Part shown: piece after piece, positions 10,460-19,492 of the stretch | How the letters are laid out: each line of letters opens with the position of its first letter | Numbering within the stretch: position 1 is the first letter of the stretch | From: Mariniphaga sp. | Lineage (GTDB): Bacteria > Bacteroidota > Bacteroidia > Bacteroidales > Prolixibacteraceae | Reading direction: 5' to 3' | DNA: 64,000 bases | NCBI GenBank assembly: GCA_041684965.1 | Contig: JAWLGR010000017.1 | Span: forward strand, 28,599 to 92,598 | Notes under the pieces: generated by a model | Databases searched by the model: none | Seen by the model: only the letters and a program-made list of their open reading frames with translations | What the model was told of the DNA's origin: nothing | Translations under genes and position numbers: made by a program

Positions 10460-11650
10460 TTAAAACATAGACTGAAGTAAAATTCCCATCAGATATCCTA
10501 TGTAATTTCCAATAACATACCCCCATACACCAAGCATTAGTGATGAAAAAATCAGGTTGTGCCAATTTTTGGAAATTGCAACAGCAACGCCATTCATTGG
10601 GCCTCCGGAAGTAATGATTGCAGCAAGAGCAAGCTCCTCCAGCTCATATTTGAACCATTTCCCAAGAATAAATGTAACCAGAAAGTTAAAAAAAAGAATG
10701 ATGGTACAAAACAAAATCATTACTGGCGCTTCGAGTATTACCTGCGATATGCTTGCAGGAAGACCAATCATCACAAAAAACAAAAAGATGAAAAAGGTAC
10801 CCAATTCTTCATTACCGGCAATATTTTTGGCAGTCTTTGGCATAACTATGGGAAACAATACAGAAAGGGTTGTAAGTATCAGGTACTGTTGTCCCAATAA
10901 CATTTTAACGATAACAGGCATATGTCCGGCATTGAAATAGCTGCTGATCTTTACTGAAAGAAGGGAGATCAAAAAAGCTACCGATAAGGATTTACCAATA
11001 TCAATCAGTCCAATAGGTTTGGGTTTCCAGTAATCACTGTTTACCTTACCATTATTTGTTCCGGTAATTTCAATTGATTTGTCTGTTACCGGGAAATACC
11101 GTCTGACGATTGCCATTCCGGGTAAAGTTATCAGTAGCAGAAAGTACAGAATCATTATTCCGTTATCGGCTACAAGTGTTGCATTCACAAGATCAGGCGG
11201 CGGGTTAAACATTGCAACTACGGATACAAAATTCACGGAACCACCGATATAACTTGCAGTCATTGCCGGGCCTATCAATTCAAGATCATTTATAAAAGTA
11301 TGCAATGCTGCCACTGCAACAATACTTCCTATAACAGTACCCAACGCACTTAAATGAAATGCACCTGCAAAACGTCCGGTTTCTTTGAAAATTTTCCGGA
11401 TATCCGTTTTCATTAAAAGAAGTGGAATAACCAGGGGCACTATATAATTCCAAACTATGTCGTAAGAAGGTGACGCTGCCGGCATCAGACCAATATTTGA
11501 TACCAGCATTCCGGCAACTATTGCAACAGCAGCACCTGTAATTCTCTTTACAAACAGGAATCTTTGCTCAAGATACAAGCTTAAGGCGGCAGTACCTATT
11601 AAAAATGTCCAGATAACCCAGTGGTCATCCGGTGAAATTATGCTATTCAT
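10460..11650 (-). CDS. polytopic inner-membrane protein, DUF819-like putative permease
   Basis: 396 aa, hydrophobic throughout (about 10-12 predicted helices by eye). Its start overlaps the upstream stop by 8 nt. The DUF819 assignment comes from my recollection of similar proteins next to dipeptide epimerases. Confidence 0.5.
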   Translation of the reverse strand: MNSIISPDDHWVIWTFLIGTAALSLYLEQRFLFVKRITGAAVAIVAGMLVSNIGLMPAASPSYDIVWNYIVPLVIPLLLMKTDIRKIFKETGRFAGAFHLSALGTVIGSIVAVAALHTFINDLELIGPAMTASYIGGSVNFVSVVAMFNPPPDLVNATLVADNGIMILYFLLLITLPGMAIVRRYFPVTDKSIEITGTNNGKVNSDYWKPKPIGLIDIGKSLSVAFLISLLSVKISSYFNAGHMPVIVKMLLGQQYLILTTLSVLFPIVMPKTAKNIAGNEELGTFFIFLFFVMIGLPASISQVILEAPVMILFCTIILFFNFLVTFILGKWFKYELEELALAAIITSGGPMNGVAVAISKNWHNLIFSSLMLGVWGYVIGNYIGYLMGILLQSMF

Positions 11651-13520
11651 CCAGTTCTATATAAGCCTGCGGGTATTCTCCAAAGACCTGGCCGTTGAAT
11701 TCAATATCTGCTGTAACTATATGAATTCCTTTCCCCGCAAAATTTTCGACACGAATCCTTACAGGAAAATCTTTCGTTTCTCCCGGATTCAGAGTATAAT
11801 TAATTATTTCATTTTCAAAAGCAATATCCCCATAACTTTTTAATTTAAAATGTCCCGTTACAGGGTTTTTCGTATAATTCTTAAGACGAATATTTTTCTT
11901 CACTTCCTGCCCCGATTTTATCTTCGTACGAACAGGATAAAATGAAACCCAGTAGGGATCAAATCCCAAATCCTGGATGGGAGGTGATAAAAGAGCCCGG
12001 ATTGCATCGGTTGTTACTACCGACCAGTTGTAAAATTCGTATTTATCATCCGGAGCAACAGCAAAAACATTTGAATGAGCTGGTAAACAAATGTAAGGAC
12101 TGGCTTTTAGAAACGATTGTGCAGTTTTAATTATGCCGGAATTAAGTGACAGTCCATTGTAGCAATGAATGGGGCTGCGAATGCGTCCGTCCCTGGTATA
12201 TCCGGTGCCATCAGCAACCAGATAAAAGTCCAGGCCATCAACCTTTGCATATAGCCCCATCTGCTGTTCGGTATGAACAGGATGATGGTACACCTGAAAA
12301 GAATACCCTCCCCATTCAAATGTTTCATTCTCCTTTAATACCCGGTCTATTTCAATGCTTTGTCCTGTCCAGCAGGTTGTGGGGAAACGTTCCGGATGTT
12401 CAAGGTATTCAGCCAGACCTTCCCAAACCCAAACTTCCGCACCTTCTGCATCAGCAATTGCTTCAATACCGTCAACATGATCGTAATGCCAGTGGCTGGG
12501 AATAATCACATCAACACGGTCGAAACCAAATTTTGCCTTAGCTTCTTTGAGCCTTTCCAGGGAAAATTCTTTTCCGCAATCAAAGAGCAGAGCTTTTCCA
12601 TTTTCTGAAACAACAATTTGGGTGGTACTTCCACCATCTTGTATTACATGTTCAGAAACCTGCACTAACTGGCTCCAGTTCCACCGGCCAGCCCTGTTAT
12701 AATTAAATGCATCTTTTACCCTAAGTAAGCGGGCAGTTAATAAATCAATGTGTTCCTGCGGGCTCTCTATGATTTCTCCGTGAGAAGGCAACAAAATATC
12801 TGCACCCGTTTTTGTGATCTTATTAAGTGACACCAGGGAAGTATCTACACCAGGATTTTGAAGATAAACCCACTGCAAACTGTAAAAGTCCCGGACATAG
12901 CCCCCATTCATAATTAAATCCCCGGTAAAACATAATTTCTGACCGTTTACTTCAACTAAAAATGAATTGCTTCCCTGTGTATGTCCAAGTGTTGAAATTG
13001 TTGTTATAGTGAATTCTTTCCATCTGAAAACTTCTCCATGTGTAAGTTTTTTATCAATCCCCGGGGTTTTAAATGGTGCCAATCGGGTTCCCCAGCCAGG
13101 CAATTCTCCATTCAGCAGGAATTTTTCAGGTAATGAAAAGGGAGCATTCTCTTCGGGATTACCCAGCAAACCGGCTTCAGAAGCCCCAATAGCAATCTTA
13201 GCTCCTGCCTGTTTTAACATAAAGCTGCCCAAACATTGATCGCGGTGATAGTGGGTATGAAAAACCCATTCCACGTTTTCCACCCCAATATCCGGCAGGT
13301 AGTCCTTAATCTTTCCGGAACCCGCATCAATTAATAAGGCCGTGGTACCGGATTTTAAAACATACACATTACAAATATCCTGAAAAAGATATACGTCAGG
13401 AGCAATTTTTTTAAAATTGGATTCCAACAAGGAATTTTCAGCTGACTTCACCCCTGGCAGAAAACCAGACAGCAAAACAGTATAGGTAATGACTTTGATA
13501 AAAATACCCCTGAAATTCAT
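11643..13520 (-). CDS. secreted protein with two metallo-beta-lactamase-fold domains and a C-terminal Ig-like domain
   Basis: 625 aa with a signal peptide. The first MBL motif is THYHRDQ (HxHxDQ, with the last His replaced). The second, SHWHYDHVDG, is the canonical HxHxDH. The start lies 1 nt after the upstream stop. Confidence 0.75.
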   Translation of the reverse strand: MNFRGIFIKVITYTVLLSGFLPGVKSAENSLLESNFKKIAPDVYLFQDICNVYVLKSGTTALLIDAGSGKIKDYLPDIGVENVEWVFHTHYHRDQCLGSFMLKQAGAKIAIGASEAGLLGNPEENAPFSLPEKFLLNGELPGWGTRLAPFKTPGIDKKLTHGEVFRWKEFTITTISTLGHTQGSNSFLVEVNGQKLCFTGDLIMNGGYVRDFYSLQWVYLQNPGVDTSLVSLNKITKTGADILLPSHGEIIESPQEHIDLLTARLLRVKDAFNYNRAGRWNWSQLVQVSEHVIQDGGSTTQIVVSENGKALLFDCGKEFSLERLKEAKAKFGFDRVDVIIPSHWHYDHVDGIEAIADAEGAEVWVWEGLAEYLEHPERFPTTCWTGQSIEIDRVLKENETFEWGGYSFQVYHHPVHTEQQMGLYAKVDGLDFYLVADGTGYTRDGRIRSPIHCYNGLSLNSGIIKTAQSFLKASPYICLPAHSNVFAVAPDDKYEFYNWSVVTTDAIRALLSPPIQDLGFDPYWVSFYPVRTKIKSGQEVKKNIRLKNYTKNPVTGHFKLKSYGDIAFENEIINYTLNPGETKDFPVRIRVENFAGKGIHIVTADIEFNGQVFGEYPQAYIELDE

Positions 13521-13521
13521 G

Positions 13522-14619
13522 TTACCTTGCTAAAACAACTTTATGCTCCGGACCGGTAACCCCGGCAAAGTTCACTGCCCTGAATGCCAGTTCGTACTTT
13601 TGATCCTCCAGGTCAATTTCAATTTCGGGGCGAACCGTTTCCCATTTATCTCCCGGTATTTTTCTCATCTGGTATTCTTTAAAACCAGGTGTATCCGAAA
13701 CCAGTTTAATTTTTGCAGTACCTCCGTCTATCGCAACATGCGATGCAATGGTGTTGGGAGTAAAATAAATCTCATCAATATCTTCAACTACCCGCAAACT
13801 TTCCGGGCTCCCATAAATCCAATGCGGTCTTTTCCCCCTAATCCATGTATTGTTTTTGAAATAATCATCTCCATACATGATTAGCAATACATTGTGTTTG
13901 GGCCATTGGGTAAACATATCGGTATAAGCGTCCCAGGTAATCCAGGTGTAAGTCTGGGCAAATTCCTCTTTCGACATATCCACCTCATCGTCGTATTCCA
14001 GTGGCTTTCTGTCAACTCCTTTTACCAATTGTATATCGGCAGCACTATTCTTCAGGTACTCATTTCTGATTTCCACTGCTGAAAGCGGTACCTCATCCTT
14101 TTCAAAATGGTGATCGTATTTTGCATCTGCCAGGAACCATTTATTGAACGTATTGCTCCAGATTTCATTTACCCCGTGATGTTCAAACCGGGTTCCCAGG
14201 ACACCGGGGCCTGCTCCCAACGACCTTGTAATATGCCCCATAGAGGTCAAAACAGCATTTTGTACCCGCATATAATGACCGCAATGATACCCCTGACCTT
14301 CCATTGCATAATCCAGGATGCGTTCAACATTCCCCTCACCAGGATAAGGATCACCATAGTCCTCAATAGGTATAACCGATTTAATCCAATGCCTGAGCTT
14401 TAGAATCCTTCTGAATTCATCCGTTTCTCCGGTAACAACTGTATCCAGCTGATATTTTGAAATTAATTGTGCTGCTTGTGGTGAGGTCATATCCTCAAAT
14501 GCTTCAAAAGCTTTATTTGGTTTGTAAACCGGATTCTCAACCTCAACCAACCGATAGTTACTTTTTTCACAACTGAACAAAAGAATAACAATAACTCCAA
14601 GAATTAATCTTTGTTTCAT
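13522..14619 (-). CDS. transglutaminase-fold (papain-like Cys-His-Asp) lipoprotein, paralog 1
   Basis: 365 aa with a lipobox (LLFSCEKS). Core: GQGYHCGHYMRVQNAVLTSMGHITRSLGAGPG...HHGVNEIWSNTFNKWFLADAKYDHHFEKD. This matches the Cys / His / Asp spacing of the transglutaminase core. A ~110-aa beta-sandwich-like tail follows. Confidence 0.65.
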   Translation of the reverse strand: MKQRLILGVIVILLFSCEKSNYRLVEVENPVYKPNKAFEAFEDMTSPQAAQLISKYQLDTVVTGETDEFRRILKLRHWIKSVIPIEDYGDPYPGEGNVERILDYAMEGQGYHCGHYMRVQNAVLTSMGHITRSLGAGPGVLGTRFEHHGVNEIWSNTFNKWFLADAKYDHHFEKDEVPLSAVEIRNEYLKNSAADIQLVKGVDRKPLEYDDEVDMSKEEFAQTYTWITWDAYTDMFTQWPKHNVLLIMYGDDYFKNNTWIRGKRPHWIYGSPESLRVVEDIDEIYFTPNTIASHVAIDGGTAKIKLVSDTPGFKEYQMRKIPGDKWETVRPEIEIDLEDQKYELAFRAVNFAGVTGPEHKVVLAR

Positions 14620-14685
14620 ATTTAATTTTCAAATTAAAGTTGACATAATTTTTAACAAATATTAAAATCCCAGCTTAAATCTGCT

Positions 14686-15807
14686 TTATTTACTGGCAAT
14701 AACAACCCTGTGCTCAGGTCCTGTAACACCGGCCAGATTAACTGCCCTAAACAAAAGATCATAATTGGGATTTTTTAATTTCAGCTCCAACAGGGAATCT
14801 GCCCGGACCCATTCCTCCTCCGGATTTTTTTTCATTTGATATTCTTTCAATCCGGGGGTATTTGAAGTTAACTTTATCCGGGCATTGTTTTTTTCAATTT
14901 GCACCTCCGACCGGATTGTATTTGGTGAAAAATAAATTTCATTCATCTCGCTTGTCAGCCTCAGATAATCAGGAGCATTATATATCCATGCCGGTTTACC
15001 CCCCCTGTACCAGGTATTACTTTTATAATAATCATCCTCATACATAATTAAAAGAGTCTTTTGTTTCGGCCAACTGGTAAAACGGTCGTTATAGGCATCC
15101 CATGTTACCCAGGTATAGGTTTGGATAAATTCAGTTTTTGGTCTTTCCATTTCCTCATCAAAATCAATAGCAATCCGTTTGGGTCCTTTTACCATAAGCA
15201 CGTCAGCACCTTCATTTTTAAGGTATTCATTTCTGACTTCGAGAGCCGAAAGCGGAATGCCGTCCTTCTCAAAATGATGATCGTACTTGGCATCGGAAAG
15301 AAACCATTTATTGTACTGGTTCAACCATATTTCATTTATACCATGATGCCCGTCCCTGACATCCTTTACACCCGGGCCTGCACCAAGAGTTCGTGTAACA
15401 TATCCAAAGGATCCCATAATTGCACTCTGCACTCTCATAAAATACCCGCAATCATACCCTTGTCCCTGAAGCGCATAATCCAGAATCCGTTCAACATTTC
15501 CTTCTCCGGGATAAAATGCTGCGTAATCCTTTATAGCAATAACAGATTTAATCCAGTGCCTCAGCAGCAAGATTCTTTTGAATTCATCTGTTTCCCCCTT
15601 AAATATTGTATCAATCTGAAATTTGGTTATCAGATGTTCTGTATCCGGAGTGGCCATTTCATCAAACGCTTCAAAAACTTTATTTGGTTTATATTCAGGG
15701 TTCTCAACTTCTGTTACATAATATTCTTTATCGCTGCAGCCTGCCAAAAAAATCACAACGATACCCGTTATAATTTTCATCATTATTCTATTATTTCCTG
15801 TATTCAT
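14686..15807 (-). CDS. transglutaminase-fold lipoprotein, paralog 2
   Basis: 373 aa with a lipobox (FLAGCSDK); the true start is perhaps at the internal MMK. It carries the same core (GQGYDCGYFMRVQSAIM...HHGINEIWLNQYNKWFLSDAKYDHHFEKD). Confidence 0.65.
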   Translation of the reverse strand: MNTGNNRIMMKIITGIVVIFLAGCSDKEYYVTEVENPEYKPNKVFEAFDEMATPDTEHLITKFQIDTIFKGETDEFKRILLLRHWIKSVIAIKDYAAFYPGEGNVERILDYALQGQGYDCGYFMRVQSAIMGSFGYVTRTLGAGPGVKDVRDGHHGINEIWLNQYNKWFLSDAKYDHHFEKDGIPLSALEVRNEYLKNEGADVLMVKGPKRIAIDFDEEMERPKTEFIQTYTWVTWDAYNDRFTSWPKQKTLLIMYEDDYYKSNTWYRGGKPAWIYNAPDYLRLTSEMNEIYFSPNTIRSEVQIEKNNARIKLTSNTPGLKEYQMKKNPEEEWVRADSLLELKLKNPNYDLLFRAVNLAGVTGPEHRVVIASK

Positions 15808-15824
15808 ATTAGTTGCTATTTAGT

Positions 15825-16928
15825 TTATTTATTGCCAATAATAATTCTGTGTTCAGGACCGGACACTTCAGCAAGATTCACTGTACGAAATGCAAATTCA
15901 TATCCCGACTCCTTTAATTCCATCTCAAATTTCGGTTCAACCCGCGACCAATTGCCATTGGGTTTATTTTTCATCTGATATTCTTTCAGATTTGGGGTGT
16001 CAGAGGTGAGCTCTACCGACAGTTTATTCCCTTTAATTTTTACCTCCGATGCAATCGTATTTGGCGTCCATTCAATCGCATCCCTGTCCTGAATTAATTT
16101 CCGGTATTCCGGCTTATCATAAGTCCAATGAGGTTTCCCTCCCCAAATCCAGGTGTTGTTCCTAAAAAATTCATCTTCATACATGATATTCATTTCACGA
16201 TGCTCCGGCCACACGGTGTACATATCATTGTTACCATGGAAACCAATCCAGGTATATGTCTGGGCGCTCCGTTCCTTTTTCGTTCCCGTTTCCGGATCTT
16301 CGTCAATAACAACCCGGCCGGGGCCTTTTACTTTGACAATATCTGCGGCCTTATTCTTTAAGTATTCCTCCCGCACCTCGAGGGAGGATAACGGAATGCC
16401 ATTTTTCTCAAAATGATGGTCGTATTTGGCATCCGACAAAAACCATTTGTTGTATCCGTTCAGCCAGATTTCATTGATCCCGTGGTGTCCGTCGGGTCCC
16501 CCCTTTACCCCAGGACCTGCTCCCAGCGTTCGGGATACGTATCCGTATGCATTCATAATGGCATTCTGAATCTGCATGTAATGACCGCAATGATAACCCT
16601 GCCCTTCCATAGCCAAATCCAGCATCTGTTCAACTTCATTGTTTCCCGGATAAGGATCGCCATGATCGTCAATTTTTACTTTCGATTTGATCCAATGCCG
16701 AAGCATGAGAATGCGTTTCAATTCATCGGTTTCTCCATGAAAGATAGTATCCAGCTGGTATTTTTCAATCAACCTGCCGAATTTTGGAGAGGTGAGATCT
16801 TCGAAGGAATTAAAAACAGTATTGGGTTTATATTGAGGATTTTCAACAGCTATTTGGGTATATTCATTCTTCCCGCACCCAATCAATAACAACAGAAAAA
16901 ATATATAGAATAACTTTTTAGCTTTCAT
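15825..16928 (-). CDS. transglutaminase-fold lipoprotein, paralog 3
   Basis: 367 aa with a lipobox (LLIGCGKN). It carries the same core (GQGYHCGHYMQIQNAIM...HHGINEIWLNGYNKWFLSDAKYDHHFEKN). Confidence 0.65.
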   Translation of the reverse strand: MKAKKLFYIFFLLLLIGCGKNEYTQIAVENPQYKPNTVFNSFEDLTSPKFGRLIEKYQLDTIFHGETDELKRILMLRHWIKSKVKIDDHGDPYPGNNEVEQMLDLAMEGQGYHCGHYMQIQNAIMNAYGYVSRTLGAGPGVKGGPDGHHGINEIWLNGYNKWFLSDAKYDHHFEKNGIPLSSLEVREEYLKNKAADIVKVKGPGRVVIDEDPETGTKKERSAQTYTWIGFHGNNDMYTVWPEHREMNIMYEDEFFRNNTWIWGGKPHWTYDKPEYRKLIQDRDAIEWTPNTIASEVKIKGNKLSVELTSDTPNLKEYQMKNKPNGNWSRVEPKFEMELKESGYEFAFRTVNLAEVSGPEHRIIIGNK

Positions 16929-17052
16929 TTCATTTTTATTAGAATTTTTGTAAAATTAAAAAGTTTTGTTTTTTTGCCAAAACCTTATGAATTATAATTT
17001 CTTTTAATTTTGCATTCTACTTTTATAAAAAATTAATGAGTATCTAATTCCA

Positions 17053-18216
17053 ATGATAATGACACCAAAAGAGCGTTTTATTACAGCACTGAACAGAAAT
17101 AAACCCGACAGGTTACCGGTTACTACCCATCATGTTATGCCCTCCTTTCTAAAAAACTATATGAATGGAATATCGGATCAGGATTTTTTTAACACTTTTG
17201 GGCTCGACCCCATAAACTGGGTAATGGCTTATGATTGTTCTCCTGGAAATGGGGAATATTTCGATCCGGAACACCTTGAAATGGGATTTCTTGAAGCACG
17301 AAGGGTGGTATCGGATAACTGGCAGGTTAAAATAGAAAAGCTTGACGGGCTCTCCTATCCGACCGAACGGTTCAACATTATTACCCCCAAAAAAACCTTA
17401 TCCATGGTAATGCAATCCGATCAGCATTCAGCGTGGATAAAAGAGCGGTTGATAAAGGAGAAATCAGATATTGATGTGGTTGCAAAATATATGACCAAGC
17501 CAAAATGCAACGTCGGAGAAATAAACAAGGCAGCTGAAGAGTACGGCACCCGGGGTTTATTACGTGGTCATATTATGGCTTTTGAAGGATTTGGACAACC
17601 GGGGTGCTGGCAGGACGCGGCTTGTTTATATGGAATTGAAAACCTGATAATGGCAACTTTTGAAGACCCCACGTGGGTACACCAATTCCTTGCAATTCTT
17701 CAGGAAAGAAAAAAATTCTACATCGAATCGATGAAAGGTGCCAGATACGATTTGCTCGAACTCGGTGGTGGTGATGCCTCCACAACAGTTATCTCTCCCG
17801 ATATTTTTAATGAGTTTGTTGCACCTTACGATTCTGTCCTGATAGAAACGGCTCATCAGGCAGGGCAGAGAATTGTTTATCATACATGCGGCGGGATGAT
17901 GCCGATACTGGAAGACATTGCTGCAATGAAACCCGATGCCATGGAAACTTTTACTCCCGTTGATATGGGAGCTGATGTTATACTGGGCGAGGCAAAAAAA
18001 AGAATTGGGGACAAAGTATGTATGATTGGCGGATTTGATCAATTCCATTTTTTTAACGGATGCAGCGAAGCAGATGTAAGGAAAGAAGTACGGCGTTGTT
18101 TTAACGAAGCCGGCACTGATGGCGGATTTATCCTGTCGCCCTCCGACCATTTCTTTGATGCCGAACTGAACCTCATTGAAGCATTCGCTGATGAGGCACG
18201 AAAATGTACGTATTAA
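17053..18216 (+). CDS. uroporphyrinogen decarboxylase (URO-D)-like / MtaA-CmuA-like family protein
   Basis: 387 aa, cytoplasmic. Motifs: MTPKERFITALNRNKPDRLPVTTH at the N-terminus, LGGGDASTTVISPDIFNEFVAPY, and IVYHTCGGMMPILEDIAAMKPDAMETF. Confidence 0.65.
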   Translation: MIMTPKERFITALNRNKPDRLPVTTHHVMPSFLKNYMNGISDQDFFNTFGLDPINWVMAYDCSPGNGEYFDPEHLEMGFLEARRVVSDNWQVKIEKLDGLSYPTERFNIITPKKTLSMVMQSDQHSAWIKERLIKEKSDIDVVAKYMTKPKCNVGEINKAAEEYGTRGLLRGHIMAFEGFGQPGCWQDAACLYGIENLIMATFEDPTWVHQFLAILQERKKFYIESMKGARYDLLELGGGDASTTVISPDIFNEFVAPYDSVLIETAHQAGQRIVYHTCGGMMPILEDIAAMKPDAMETFTPVDMGADVILGEAKKRIGDKVCMIGGFDQFHFFNGCSEADVRKEVRRCFNEAGTDGGFILSPSDHFFDAELNLIEAFADEARKCTY

Positions 18217-18296
18217 TACCAATAAGCAATTCTTTCAAGTACTAATTTAAAAACCATAATCGGGCAAACTGGATGGGTTTTAAAAGTTTTTTGTAA

Positions 18297-18908
18297 GTGC
18301 AAAAAAAATCAGGTAACAAGCTGTTCAAATACCTTTATAAGTTTCATATTTATGGAGGACTCTTCAGCTCTGCATTCTTTATAATTATCGGGATAACTTC
18401 TATTAATTACAACCACCCCAACCTGTTAAAAAAAGAGAAATTCAGAGAAAAAACCTATTATAAACAGTTTACTTTTAAATCAGACAGTACCGATATAATT
18501 GTGCAACACGCTACCGACAGTCTGAAACTTTTTGGTCACCGCCCCTGGTGGATGCAGGGGAGAGATAAGGAAAATAATTTTTATTTTCAGATAATCAGAC
18601 CGGGAAAACAATACCTGATAGTAGTTCTGGAAGATGAAAAGCAGTTAAAAGTTACAGAACGATCGATGGGAATTATCCATGCCCTTTCAGGAATGCATGT
18701 TGCATCAGGCGGATTGCCAAAATCAACAGTATTTTCAATCTGGTCAGTCTATTCCCACGCTGCAGTTTTGACGGGACTCATTTCATTATTTCTTAGTATC
18801 TATTTCTGGTTGAAAAAATCAAAACTCAAAAGGTGGCAATGGATAGGAACCGGCAGTGCTTTTGCAATTTCTTTAACATTCATACTTTATATATGGCTAA
18901 TCGGTTAA
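18297..18908 (+). CDS. PepSY-associated-TM-like membrane protein
   Basis: 203 aa with a GTG start. It has an N-terminal helix (KFHIYGGLFSSAFFIIIGITSI), a soluble middle part, and C-terminal helices (LHVASGG..WSVYSHAAVLTGLISLFLSIYFWLKK). Confidence 0.45.
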   Translation: MQKKSGNKLFKYLYKFHIYGGLFSSAFFIIIGITSINYNHPNLLKKEKFREKTYYKQFTFKSDSTDIIVQHATDSLKLFGHRPWWMQGRDKENNFYFQIIRPGKQYLIVVLEDEKQLKVTERSMGIIHALSGMHVASGGLPKSTVFSIWSVYSHAAVLTGLISLFLSIYFWLKKSKLKRWQWIGTGSAFAISLTFILYIWLIG

Positions 18909-19492
18909 AATTCAGGAAAATATTAAGAAAAATCCACCTGGCTTCAAGTATTGTTATTTTTGCCTATCTGTTGATGTATTTTGTTACTGCTTTTATTTTA
19001 ATCAGGCACGATTGGTTTCCCCATGCCAGTCCTGTAACAACAAGACAAACAGTCGATTTTAAAATTGAATCCAAATCAACCGATTTTACATCACTGACTC
19101 CGGCAATAAAAAAACATTTAGATATCACAGGCAGGACAGATATTCCATTTCAAAGAAAAGACGGTTGCTGGGTTTACAATGTTTATCGACCAGGAATAAG
19201 CCATCATATTGTCCTGAATCAGGAACAAGAAAAGCTTACAGTGTCAACAACAGAACAACTCACTGTAGCAAGAGTTTCGAGCCGGTTGCATTTGATGCGG
19301 TTTTACAAGGGAAGCATTAAATATTACATCTGGGCCTTTTTTTACGATTTATCTGCCATTTCGATGCTTTTATTTGGACTATCCGGAATTCTTATCTGGT
19401 TGAAAATGAAAAAAGCATACAGAAATGGCTTGTATTATCTTCTTTCCGGAACAGCAATTTCGGTGGCAGTGTTGGTTTATTTACTGATTTGA
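18893..19492 (+). CDS. PepSY-associated-TM-like membrane protein (paralog of the previous gene)
   Basis: I chose the internal ATG at 18893 (MANRLKFRKILRKIHLASSIVIFAYLLMYF). This overlaps the upstream gene by 16 nt. The topology is the same, including SRLHLMRFYKG...LSGILIWLKMKK. Confidence 0.45.
   Translation: MANRLKFRKILRKIHLASSIVIFAYLLMYFVTAFILIRHDWFPHASPVTTRQTVDFKIESKSTDFTSLTPAIKKHLDITGRTDIPFQRKDGCWVYNVYRPGISHHIVLNQEQEKLTVSTTEQLTVARVSSRLHLMRFYKGSIKYYIWAFFYDLSAISMLLFGLSGILIWLKMKKAYRNGLYYLLSGTAISVAVLVYLLI

Noticed and set aside
15061-15978. 305-aa plus-strand ORF, the longest unexplained ORF on the track
   Set aside because: It lies entirely antisense to TG-fold paralogs 2 and 3. It crosses their intergenic gap, has no recognisable motifs and has a low-complexity composition. 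It is a shadow ORF of well-supported minus-strand genes.
17626-18222. 198-aa minus-strand ORF
   Set aside because: It is antisense to the URO-D-like gene and has no motifs. It is a shadow ORF. The same reasoning applies to 54209-54742, 52375-52764, 55275-55664, 47258-47644 and the other short antisense ORFs on the track.
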